In this document: in pieces, positions 15,583 to 23,810 of the stretch
Position numbering within the stretch: the first letter of the stretch is position 1
How the letters are laid out: each line of letters starts with the position of its first letter
Assembly (NCBI GenBank): GCA_023255765.1
Contig: JAGDVT010000033.1
Coordinates: 1-33,322 of the forward strand
Source of the DNA: Candidatus Paceibacter sp.
GTDB taxonomy: Bacteria > Patescibacteriota > Minisyncoccia > UBA6257 > HR35
Length of the DNA: 33,322 bases
Reading direction: 5' to 3'
The notes under the pieces: generated by a model
Seen by the model: the letters and a program-made list of their open reading frames with translations, nothing else
Told to the model about the DNA's origin: nothing
The model's database searches: none
Program-made: the position numbers and the translations under genes

Positions 15583-15600
15583 CTTTATATTAATTATAAC

Positions 15601-15972
15601 TTATTCTAGTTCAATTTTTTTAATTGTATCGCTTTTAAGCTTTGGAATTCTTATCATTAAAATACCATCTTTTAATGAAGCTTTAATATTATCTATATCA
15701 ACATCTTTTGGTAAAATAATAGTTTTTGAGAAAGGACCCCAATAACATTCTCTATAAAGATAATCTGTAATTTTAGGATTTTCAGGTGGCAACCTTTTTC
15801 CTCTTATTATAAGCATATCACCATGTACTAAAATTTCTATATCATTCATAGTAACTCCAGAAATAGGAGAAACTATTACAAGTTCATTATCTTTTATATA
15901 AACATCAACAGCTAATTGACCTTCAGTTTCTTCTTCTAAATTAATTGGATGTGTATGTTCCCAATCTGCCAT
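15601..15972 (-). CDS. Hsp20/alpha-crystallin family small heat-shock protein
   Basis: 123 aa. LAVDVY..DNELVIVSPISGV...DIEILVHGDMLIIRGKR...FSKTIILPKDVDIDNIKASLKDGILMIRIPK is the canonical alpha-crystallin domain pattern. Confidence 0.85.
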   Translation of the reverse strand: MADWEHTHPINLEEETEGQLAVDVYIKDNELVIVSPISGVTMNDIEILVHGDMLIIRGKRLPPENPKITDYLYRECYWGPFSKTIILPKDVDIDNIKASLKDGILMIRIPKLKSDTIKKIELE

Positions 15973-16669
15973 TTTTTACTTTTATTATTTTGAATTCTAT
16001 TAATGTAACAAAAAATACTGCCCAAAGTATGGGGAAGATTAAAAGCCTTACATCATCTCTAATTATAAATATATTATATAAAAAATGCAAAAAAGCTGCC
16101 ATAAAAAAAGAATAAATAAAAGGCAATAACCTACGAGTCTTAAAAGAAACTGCATATCCAAAGCCTATCAAGACAGATGCTAACATGTGCAAAAAATTAG
16201 CTCCTAAAAACCTTAAAATAGAAACAGATATGCCTAATAAATAAACATTAGCTTCTGAGGGTGGATTTATCATTACAGAACAAATATTTAAATAAGTTTC
16301 AATAAAGCCAAAACCAAGTCCAGCAAATCCCATATATATCATAGCATCTATAGGTTCATCAAAATATCTTGTTGTAAAAATAAATAAAAAAATTAAAAAA
16401 AATTTTAAAAATTCCTCGATGATGGCTGAAAGGGCATAATATGAATAATTAGATTCAGTGAAATATTGGTAAATTTTCGCTTCTGCAAAGTAACTTAAAA
16501 TAGCAGACATCAGACCTAATATGATAGCAAATAAAAGCATAAATTTTGGTTCAGGATGGTCATCTTCTAAATATATAAATTCCCACCAAATCCATATAGG
16601 TATTAATGATGTTAAAAATATAAAAGTGAAATTTGGAAAAAAACAAGAAATTAAATTTGCTGTGGCCAC
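15941..16669 (-). CDS. PrsW-family intramembrane metalloprotease-like protein
   Basis: 242 aa, polytopic. Contains IIEEFLKF (the EExxK motif) and a distal FLHFLYN (the HxxxN motif). Its ends overlap valS by 19 nt and hsp20 by 32 nt, so the exact start is uncertain. Confidence 0.7.
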   Translation of the reverse strand: MATANLISCFFPNFTFIFLTSLIPIWIWWEFIYLEDDHPEPKFMLLFAIILGLMSAILSYFAEAKIYQYFTESNYSYYALSAIIEEFLKFFLIFLFIFTTRYFDEPIDAMIYMGFAGLGFGFIETYLNICSVMINPPSEANVYLLGISVSILRFLGANFLHMLASVLIGFGYAVSFKTRRLLPFIYSFFMAAFLHFLYNIFIIRDDVRLLIFPILWAVFFVTLIEFKIIKVKNGRLGTYTSN

Positions 16670-18738
16670 TTTTCGTGCAAAAGTAAATTCCTATTTCCTA
16701 TCTCTTCCCATAAATATTCAGTAATAAAAGGCATAAAAGGATGTAATAATTTTAAAGAATTAATAACAATCATTCTTAAGACTTCGGGATTATTTTTAGT
16801 ATCGCCTTTACAAGATTCTATATAAACATCACAAAAATGATTCCAAAAGAATTTGTATAGTCTTTTTAATGCATTTGAAAATTGAAAGTTTTCTATGTTT
16901 TTAGATACATATTTTAATGTTGAATTGAATGCTCTTATAATTTTCTTATCTTCACTGCTAAAGCCCTCTCTTTTTTTCATCTCTGGATATCTAATTAAAT
17001 AAAATCTTATTGCATTGTATATTTTGTTTGCAAATTTCATACCATTTTCAACATTAGTCTCGTCAAACCGTAAATCTTGTAAATTTGTAGTTTGCCATAT
17101 AAGTCCAAATCTTAATGCATCAGCACCATATTTTTCTATCAAATCTAATGGATCTATACCTGTACCAAGACTTTTCGACATTCTTTTGCCTTCTTTTGTA
17201 AGCACAGTCGGATGTATATAAACAAATTTAAATGGAGGTTTTTTCATAAAAAATATCCCTGAATAAATCATCCTTGCAATCCATAAATTTATAATATCTC
17301 TTGCAGAAAAAACTATATCAGCCGGATACCAATCTTTTTCTTTTTTAGTATATAAAATAGCAAAAGGCCACAAAGCAGAGGAAAACCAAGTGTCAAAAAC
17401 TTCCTCTGTTCTATACCATTGATTCTTTTTACAATATTTACATCTTTTGTTTGGTTTTTTAGTGCTTACTACATAACTATCTTCACAATTTTTACAATAC
17501 CAAACAGGCAAAACTTGCCCCCACCATATTTTTCTAGATATACACCAATCCCTTATATTTTTTAACCAATCAAAATATATTTTTTTAAACCTATTTGGAA
17601 TAATATAAACTTTCCTGGTTTTGACAGCATCCTTAGCTATTTTAGCCAACTCTGTCATCTTTAAGAACCATTCTTTAGATGGAATCACTTGAAGTTCTGT
17701 TTGGCATCTATAACATATAGGTACATTATGCTTAATATCTTCTTCTTTTTCAAGCAAGCCTTTTTGTTTTAAAATGCTTAAGATTTTTTCTCTTGCTGTT
17801 AGATAATCCATATTTTCAAATTCAGGAACATTTACAATTTTTGCATCTTCATCTATTACTTTTATCATTTCTAAATTATGCCTTACTCCTATTTCATAAT
17901 CAACTATACTATGAGCAGGAGTCACTTTTACTACTCCTGTACCAAATTTAGGATCAACCTTTATATCTGTAATAATTAATAGTTCTCTATTTAATATAGG
18001 TAAAATAGCAATTCTTCCAATATATTTGGTGTACCTTTGATCATTAGGATTAACAGCTAAGGCAACATCTCCTAACATTGTTTCTGGTCTAGTTGTAGCT
18101 ACAGTTAAATATTCATCGCTGTCTTTTATAGGATATTTAATATAATAAATTTTTCCTTCTTTTTCAATATACTCTATTTCTAAATCAGACAAGCTAGTTT
18201 TACATCTTGGACAAAAGTTAATTGCTCTATAATCTCTATACACCCATCCTTTTTTGTAATATTCAATAAAAGCCCTTTCAACCCATTTCACATACTCTTT
18301 ATCCATAGTAAATCTAGTTCTAGACCAATCAGGAGAAATGCCTAATTTTTTAAATTGTTCTAATATTATATTTCCATATTTTTCCTTCCATTCCCAAACC
18401 CTTTTAATAAATTTCTCTCTTCCTAAATCGAATCTAGTTAAACCTTCTTTTTTTAATTCTTTTTCAACAACATTTTGCGTTGCAATTCCCGCATGATCTA
18501 ATCCAGGTATCCATATTATTTTATAATCATTCATCCTTTTATATCTTATTAGTACATCAAGTAAGGTATTTTGCAAAGAATGGCCCATATGCAAACTTCC
18601 GGTTACATTAGGTGGAGCCATTAATGCAATAAAATTTTTTGTACCCTTATGTTTTTCAACACTTAAATAGGGAAGCCATTTCTTATAAATTCTATCTTCT
18701 ATATTTTTTGGGTCATATTTTGTTGGTAAAACCTTCAT
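16651..18738 (-). CDS. valS: Valyl-tRNA synthetase, C-terminally short form
   Basis: 695 aa. PPNVTGSLHMGH (HIGH motif), KMSKS, and the editing domain TTRPETMLGDVALAVNP. The protein ends just after the anticodon-binding region (..LHEKWPQQI), with no C-terminal coiled-coil. Confidence 0.95.
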   Translation of the reverse strand: MKVLPTKYDPKNIEDRIYKKWLPYLSVEKHKGTKNFIALMAPPNVTGSLHMGHSLQNTLLDVLIRYKRMNDYKIIWIPGLDHAGIATQNVVEKELKKEGLTRFDLGREKFIKRVWEWKEKYGNIILEQFKKLGISPDWSRTRFTMDKEYVKWVERAFIEYYKKGWVYRDYRAINFCPRCKTSLSDLEIEYIEKEGKIYYIKYPIKDSDEYLTVATTRPETMLGDVALAVNPNDQRYTKYIGRIAILPILNRELLIITDIKVDPKFGTGVVKVTPAHSIVDYEIGVRHNLEMIKVIDEDAKIVNVPEFENMDYLTAREKILSILKQKGLLEKEEDIKHNVPICYRCQTELQVIPSKEWFLKMTELAKIAKDAVKTRKVYIIPNRFKKIYFDWLKNIRDWCISRKIWWGQVLPVWYCKNCEDSYVVSTKKPNKRCKYCKKNQWYRTEEVFDTWFSSALWPFAILYTKKEKDWYPADIVFSARDIINLWIARMIYSGIFFMKKPPFKFVYIHPTVLTKEGKRMSKSLGTGIDPLDLIEKYGADALRFGLIWQTTNLQDLRFDETNVENGMKFANKIYNAIRFYLIRYPEMKKREGFSSEDKKIIRAFNSTLKYVSKNIENFQFSNALKRLYKFFWNHFCDVYIESCKGDTKNNPEVLRMIVINSLKLLHPFMPFITEYLWEEIGNRNLLLHEKWPQQI

Positions 18739-18778
18739 ATTTTAAAATTATAACAAATAAACAAAAATTTAATTTTAA

Positions 18779-19570
18779 ATGAATGGCTATTTTAGAAAGG
18801 AATTTTTAGATAAAAGATATTATGGAGAAATAATTAAAAGAACTGATGGTATTATTTTAACTAAAAATTATAAAGAAGGCGAACGTGTAATTATAGAAAA
18901 ATTGATTTTTAAAGATAAAAATGGGGAAAAGTTAGATATAACAAGATTTTTGCCAGAGGGGTGGAAATTTGTTAAAAATAAAGAATTTTCTGCAAATAGA
19001 GAAAACAAAGAAATTAAATTGGGTAATTTAAAAGAAGTCGGAGCATTATTTACGATATTTCATGAAATAGGGCATGCTATATCTTATGAAAATAATATTG
19101 AAGATCCTAAAAAAATTTTAGAAGAATATACTCATAATTTAGAAAATAGACAGCTAACAAAAGAAGACATAATAAAAAGAGGAGAAAAAATAGAAGACTA
19201 TGAAGAAATACTAGTTTATGATCCTTATGGTAAGAGTGTGGGATTTGACAGAGATGAGCCGTTCTTTACCATGTTAGTTCCTAAAAAAGTTATAAAAAAT
19301 TACGGAGAAGCACTAGCTAAATTAGAAAGAAATGCGTGGGCTTATGCTTTAAATCAAATTAGAAATTTAAGAAATAAAGGAATAATAATTGAAAATGAAT
19401 TACCAACCTTAGAAAAGCTTGTAAATTTTATTTATTCTTGTCTATTAACATATGAAGAAGATTTCAAGAAAAGATATAAAGATCCAACTCCCTATTTTAC
19501 TAAAGGTAAGAAGTTTGAAAAAATAGAAGAATTATTTAAAAATTGGGCGGGAGAGGAATCGAACCTCTGA
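18779..19570 (+). CDS. Hypothetical protein with an HExxH zinc-metallopeptidase motif
   Basis: 263 aa with a single HEIGH motif (FTIFHEIGHAISYE). No signal peptide. The last 27 nt overlap tRNA-Val on the opposite strand. Confidence 0.5.
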   Translation: MNGYFRKEFLDKRYYGEIIKRTDGIILTKNYKEGERVIIEKLIFKDKNGEKLDITRFLPEGWKFVKNKEFSANRENKEIKLGNLKEVGALFTIFHEIGHAISYENNIEDPKKILEEYTHNLENRQLTKEDIIKRGEKIEDYEEILVYDPYGKSVGFDRDEPFFTMLVPKKVIKNYGEALAKLERNAWAYALNQIRNLRNKGIIIENELPTLEKLVNFIYSCLLTYEEDFKKRYKDPTPYFTKGKKFEKIEELFKNWAGEESNL

Positions 19571-19615
19571 CCTTCTCGTTGTAAGCGAGACGCTCTACCA
19601 CTGAGCTACCCGCCC
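19544..19615 (-). tRNA. tRNA-Val (anticodon UAC), no encoded CCA
   Basis: Hand-folded on the minus strand: GGGCGGG TA GCTC AGTGGTA GAGC G TCTCG CTTACAA CGAGA AGGTC AGAGG TTCGATT CCTCT CCCGCCC A. Confidence 0.9.
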
Positions 19616-20733
19616 ATATATTCTGAAATTATCCCCACCCCTATCCCTAAAATTAAAATTATCATTAAAATTATAATCAAGAATTTCGGTATTTTAAAAT
19701 ATTGATATTCTTTAAGACGGAAGTAACATAGAAGCAATATGAAAAGATTGAATCCCAAAAATATACTACCTATCAGGCTAACTAGTTTAGCAATATCCGC
19801 CAAGTTTAAAAATGTTAATATTAAAACAAAAAAGGAAACAATTAACCAAGAATAAATATGCTTTATTTTATAATCAAATTGAAGACCTCTTTTTAAATAA
19901 AAAGCCAAAGCTATAAATGTAGTAAAAATATTTAAGATAGCTAATATTGCAACTGAAATAGGTATAATTTTATTGTCAATGTTTTTTAAATTTTCTAATA
20001 TAGTAGGAGAAACATTTTTGCCAAAAACACCATAAATAGAAGCTGTAAATATTAAATATAGAAGAGAAATCAAAAAAATAGAAATCAAATTAATTATTAA
20101 CATTTTATTCTTATTTTTTCCTATTAAGTCGTAAACCATTTGCAAAGAAGAATAACCTGTAAATGCAAAAACTAATATACCATAACTTAGCCAAGGGTTT
20201 AAAAATTCTATTTTGAAATTAGAAAATTCTATCTTAGGCAAAAAATAAAATCCTAAAAATAAAAAAATGAGAACCATCAAAAGACCGAGTAAAAATTCAA
20301 CTTTAGCAAAAGGATTTGTTGAAAAGAAAATTATTAATATTACTAATAAAGCATAAAAAATTTTTATAAATAAATCATTATCTATCGGTATCAAAATTTT
20401 AGTAAAATTCGATAAAGCTAAGTAATAACTAATAAAAACCAGTAGATTCCCTATAAAATCAATGATCCAGACTATATTTTTATAATTTTTCCCTAAAATT
20501 TTTTCTGCTAATCCAGGTAGATTATGCTTTTCTTCGACTTGGAAAATTATTTCACTATAAGATAAATGAACTAAGAACATCAAAATAGGTACAATTAAAA
20601 ACCAAATCCAAAAATAAATTCCAGATTTAGATAAAGCATATGGCAAGATAAAAATACCCAAACCTATTATTGTACTTGCAATTAAAAATATACTATAAAT
20701 GATCTTGTTCATCTTTTCTAATTTTATTTTCAA
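19606..20733 (-). CDS. Polytopic permease, amino-acid-transporter-like
   Basis: 375 aa with about 11 hydrophobic helices. The N-terminus IFLIASTIIGLGIFILPYALSKSG resembles amino acid / aromatic amino acid permease families. The stop codon lies inside the tRNA-Val gene. The start may be the internal Met at MNKIIY. Confidence 0.55.
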   Translation of the reverse strand: MKIKLEKMNKIIYSIFLIASTIIGLGIFILPYALSKSGIYFWIWFLIVPILMFLVHLSYSEIIFQVEEKHNLPGLAEKILGKNYKNIVWIIDFIGNLLVFISYYLALSNFTKILIPIDNDLFIKIFYALLVILIIFFSTNPFAKVEFLLGLLMVLIFLFLGFYFLPKIEFSNFKIEFLNPWLSYGILVFAFTGYSSLQMVYDLIGKNKNKMLIINLISIFLISLLYLIFTASIYGVFGKNVSPTILENLKNIDNKIIPISVAILAILNIFTTFIALAFYLKRGLQFDYKIKHIYSWLIVSFFVLILTFLNLADIAKLVSLIGSIFLGFNLFILLLCYFRLKEYQYFKIPKFLIIILMIILILGIGVGIISEYMGG

Positions 20734-21115
20734 TAAAAGGCAATATAGATAATACTAAAATTACTAAAATAGTGGTAACAAAAGCTTCTAAATAAAAGCC
20801 TTGACCAACAGCAGCTCCTATTGCGGCAGTAACCCATAAAGCAGCTGCAGTTGTTGCGCCCCAAATTCTTTCTTTTTCAAAAAATATAATTCCACCACCT
20901 AAAAATCCTATACCTAAAATAATATTAGCTAAAATTCTAGAAGATGGATCAATCCCGAATTTGGTTGCAATTATAGAAAAAAGCGTAGCACCTAAACTAA
21001 CTAATGCAAATGTTCTTAAACCAATGTACTTTTTTAAAAAACTTCTTTCAGCACCTATTAATGCTCCTAAAGATGTTCCTAAAAACAATCTATATATAAT
21101 TTCTATATAATCCAT
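20693..21115 (-). CDS. MgtC/SapB-family membrane protein
   Basis: 140 aa. RLFLGTSLGALIGAERSFLKKYIGLRTFALVSLGATLFSII matches the MgtC signature G.ER......G.RT...V..G. Confidence 0.8.
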   Translation of the reverse strand: MDYIEIIYRLFLGTSLGALIGAERSFLKKYIGLRTFALVSLGATLFSIIATKFGIDPSSRILANIILGIGFLGGGIIFFEKERIWGATTAAALWVTAAIGAAVGQGFYLEAFVTTILVILVLSILPFIENKIRKDEQDHL

Positions 21116-21117
21116 TT

Positions 21118-21648
21118 TTAAATAAGTTCAATTAATTTATTAATCAAATTTTTAGGATCTGGTTCCCAAATTATTTTATTATGCTCCTTTTTTGCTTCTT
21201 CTATAATATGTCTCATATATTTTTCTTCTCCCCCAGAACCAGTTAAAATTCCCATAGGTTTCTTTTCCTCGTACGCTATAATAAATTCGTTTAAAGTTCC
21301 AGTTCTTCCACATATAAAAATTACTGCATCACCTGATCTTACTAAAATTAAATTTCTACCCGAATGGTTTAACCCTGTATAAAAAATTATATGATGATAA
21401 TCAGTTGGTAATTCATAAACTTTTATATGCTCATCTTCATTTAAAGCAGGTGAGAAACCTATTACATAACCACCATTTTCATAAGCACCTTTTGCAGCCC
21501 AAAAAGGTGCGCCTGTAGTAGCTCCTGTTAAAGTTATTATATTTCTTTCTGCTAATTCTTTGCCAATCTCATAAGCTAATTCATTAATATTACTTGAGCA
21601 AAAAGCTGTATCTGCTGCACCAGAAATTGCTATTTTAATTTGTCTCAT
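21118..21648 (-). CDS. LOG/TIGR00725-like Rossmann-fold protein
   Basis: 176 aa. IAISGAAD...ELAYEIGKELAERNIITLTGATTGAPFWAAKGAYENGGYVIGFSP and a later GRTGTLNEF segment resemble the LOG / DprA-like SLOG fold. Confidence 0.55.
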   Translation of the reverse strand: MRQIKIAISGAADTAFCSSNINELAYEIGKELAERNIITLTGATTGAPFWAAKGAYENGGYVIGFSPALNEDEHIKVYELPTDYHHIIFYTGLNHSGRNLILVRSGDAVIFICGRTGTLNEFIIAYEEKKPMGILTGSGGEEKYMRHIIEEAKKEHNKIIWEPDPKNLINKLIELI

Positions 21649-21649
21649 T

Positions 21650-21841
21650 TTAATAATTTAAATATTTTTTAATTAAATCATCCTCAAAGTCTTTGAAATT
21701 TCTTTTATTCCTTATAAGATCTCTGGGTTTTTTTGCAAGAAAATGATTTACACCAGAAACTCTTCTTAACAATCTTTTATTTTTTGTGATTTTAATTCTT
21801 TTTAAAACAGATTTTCTAGTTTTACCTGGAGCCATTTTCAT
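21650..21841 (-). CDS. rpmI: 50S ribosomal protein L35
   Basis: 63 aa, basic. KTRKSVLKRIKITKNKRLLRRVSGVNHFLAKK matches the L35 pattern. ATGA overlap with infC. Confidence 0.85.
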   Translation of the reverse strand: MKMAPGKTRKSVLKRIKITKNKRLLRRVSGVNHFLAKKPRDLIRNKRNFKDFEDDLIKKYLNY

Positions 21842-22323
21842 TTTTTGTAAATAGTAATTACTAAATTATTCCCAATTTTCTTTAGATCATTTGTAATTTT
21901 AATTGGCATTTCTATCATTTCTAAGAATTTCTTTAATTTTGCTTCAGCCAAATCTATATGTAAAACTTGTCTTCCTTTTAAAATCATTCTTATTCTAATT
22001 TGATTACCTTCTTTCAAAAACTCTTCTATTTGCTTTGCTTTCCTCTTCAAATCACCTTCAGCTTCCTGGAAACTTATCCTGATTTCCTTAAGTTCACTTG
22101 TTTCCCTTTTTTGTTTTTTCTTTAGCTGATATAAAAATTTTTTGTAATCTCCTAATTTAACAACTGGCGGATCACTTTTTTCTGAAATTAAAATAAGACC
22201 AGTATTATTTTTTTTAGCAATTTCTCTTGCTTCTTCTAAATATAATATGCCAATCTGTTTACCTTCTTCTGAAATTAATCTTACCTTTTTTCCTTTAATA
22301 TTTTCTAATCTTGGATCAAACAG
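21838..22323 (-). CDS. infC: Translation initiation factor IF-3, with a non-canonical start codon (5' boundary uncertain)
   Basis: The ORF track reports only the C-terminal domain, starting at a TTG at 22050. My in-frame translation upstream stays open to a TAA at 22333-22335. It reads YRKLFDPRLENIKGKKVRLISEEGKQIGILYLEEAREIAKKNNTGLILISEKSDPPVVKLGDYKKFLYQLKKKQKRETSELKEIRISFQEAEGDLKRK, a clear IF-3 N-domain and linker. This stretch has no ATG, GTG or TTG. Candidate starts are CTG at 22323-22321 or ATT at 22299-22297. Confidence 0.85.
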   Translation of the reverse strand: MFDPRLENIKGKKVRLISEEGKQIGILYLEEAREIAKKNNTGLILISEKSDPPVVKLGDYKKFLYQLKKKQKRETSELKEIRISFQEAEGDLKRKAKQIEEFLKEGNQIRIRMILKGRQVLHIDLAEAKLKKFLEMIEMPIKITNDLKKIGNNLVITIYKK

Positions 22324-22352
22324 TTTTCTATATTATTTTACTATAATTTCGA

Positions 22353-22826
22353 CTATAATAAATGATCTGCGATTTTACTTGCAGCATATGCTTCAGGCTT
22401 AATTTTAACTTCAAATCCATAGCCTTTAATTAAATTAATAATCTCTTTTACAACGCTTTTACTTTTTCCATTTGTGCTTAAATCTAAATGTAACTCAAAT
22501 TCAAAATTTAGTTCTTCTTTTACTAGCACATCAAGGATTTCTTTGCTGATTTCTAGACTTATATTAGCTTCTTGCCATAATCTGCTATATATATCCATTT
22601 TTTTATCTGTAGAAACTCTTTTCCAAAAATATCTAGCACCGTATCCAACCCTATGAACAACTATTACAGAAATAAAATCAACTCTATCATCATAATTTTC
22701 TGAATCTGTACCAACTAGTATCTTATATTTATATCTTCCATCAGCTAATATAAAATTCTTTATTTCATTGATTAACAATTCTTTGGTTAAATTTTTACCA
22801 TATGCTGTTTTAAACCCCTTAAGCAT
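22353..22826 (-). CDS. YkuK-family (DUF458) RNase H-like protein
   Basis: 157 aa. KILVGTDSENYDDRVDFISVIVVHRVGYGARYFWKR matches the YkuK-family core (GTDS ... vtaIv.hr.g.Ga). Confidence 0.65.
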   Translation of the reverse strand: MLKGFKTAYGKNLTKELLINEIKNFILADGRYKYKILVGTDSENYDDRVDFISVIVVHRVGYGARYFWKRVSTDKKMDIYSRLWQEANISLEISKEILDVLVKEELNFEFELHLDLSTNGKSKSVVKEIINLIKGYGFEVKIKPEAYAASKIADHLL

Positions 22827-22828
22827 TA

Positions 22829-23800
22829 TTATTTAATTTTATAAAATTCTTCGTAAAATTCATACAATATAACCATCATAGGTAAAATAGCTAGAATACC
22901 CAATACCCCTCCTATTTTAGCTCCTATTAATATGCTTATTAATGTAATAACAGGTTTGATTTTTAATGCTGTTTTAGCTACTAATGGTACTAATATATTA
23001 TTTTCTAATTGTTGAATAATAATAAAACCTATTAATACCCACAATATTTTATTTGGATCATGAGATAAAGTCAAAATAATAGCAACAGTAGCCCCTATTA
23101 TTGGACCTATTATAGGTATAATTTCAGTAATACCAGCTATAAGACCAATAAGACCTGCATAAGGTAAGCGCAAGAAAAATATTAACAGATAACTCGATAA
23201 ACCAATTGAAAACATAAGAAATATTTGAGCAGCTAGCCAAGATGATAATTTTTTCTTAATTTTGTTAAAAAGTTTCAAATATAAGTCCTCTTTTTCTTTT
23301 GAAAAAAACCTAAAAAAGTCAGGAATAAAATTTGGTTGTGTTGCTATATAAAAAGACAAAACCAAAACAAGTATGATATTAAAAAGCCCGCCTATAAAAT
23401 TTAAAACTGATTTTGTTGTATTAAAAACAAATTCTGGTGTAGGAGTTTTCGAAAAAGCTTTAAAATAATCAGAAAGCCATTTTAATCCTAAATTTTCTAT
23501 ATAATCTTGAATATTAGGTAATATATTTTTAATTTCTAAAATAATAATTGGAGCAAGTAGGTACAAAGATATAACAAAAATTAATGAAAAAAATAAATAA
23601 ATTAAAGGAATGCTTAAATAGAAGGGAATTTTGAATCTTTGTTTTATATAAATGCCCCATTGTTGGATAGCTAAACCAAAAACTGCAGAAATAAAAACAA
23701 TAAACAAAATTTCTTTTAAATACCAAAGAGATACAAATATCAAAGGTATTAACCAAAAAATAATAAATTTTTTAATATCTATCTCACCAAAGAGATTCAT
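22829..23800 (-). CDS. AI-2E family transporter (PerM/UPF0118)
   Basis: 323 aa, polytopic. The C-terminal-half motif GITEIIPIIGPIIGATVAIILTL is characteristic of this family. Confidence 0.8.
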   Translation of the reverse strand: MNLFGEIDIKKFIIFWLIPLIFVSLWYLKEILFIVFISAVFGLAIQQWGIYIKQRFKIPFYLSIPLIYLFFSLIFVISLYLLAPIIILEIKNILPNIQDYIENLGLKWLSDYFKAFSKTPTPEFVFNTTKSVLNFIGGLFNIILVLVLSFYIATQPNFIPDFFRFFSKEKEDLYLKLFNKIKKKLSSWLAAQIFLMFSIGLSSYLLIFFLRLPYAGLIGLIAGITEIIPIIGPIIGATVAIILTLSHDPNKILWVLIGFIIIQQLENNILVPLVAKTALKIKPVITLISILIGAKIGGVLGILAILPMMVILYEFYEEFYKIK

Positions 23801-23810
23801 AATTCAAAAA

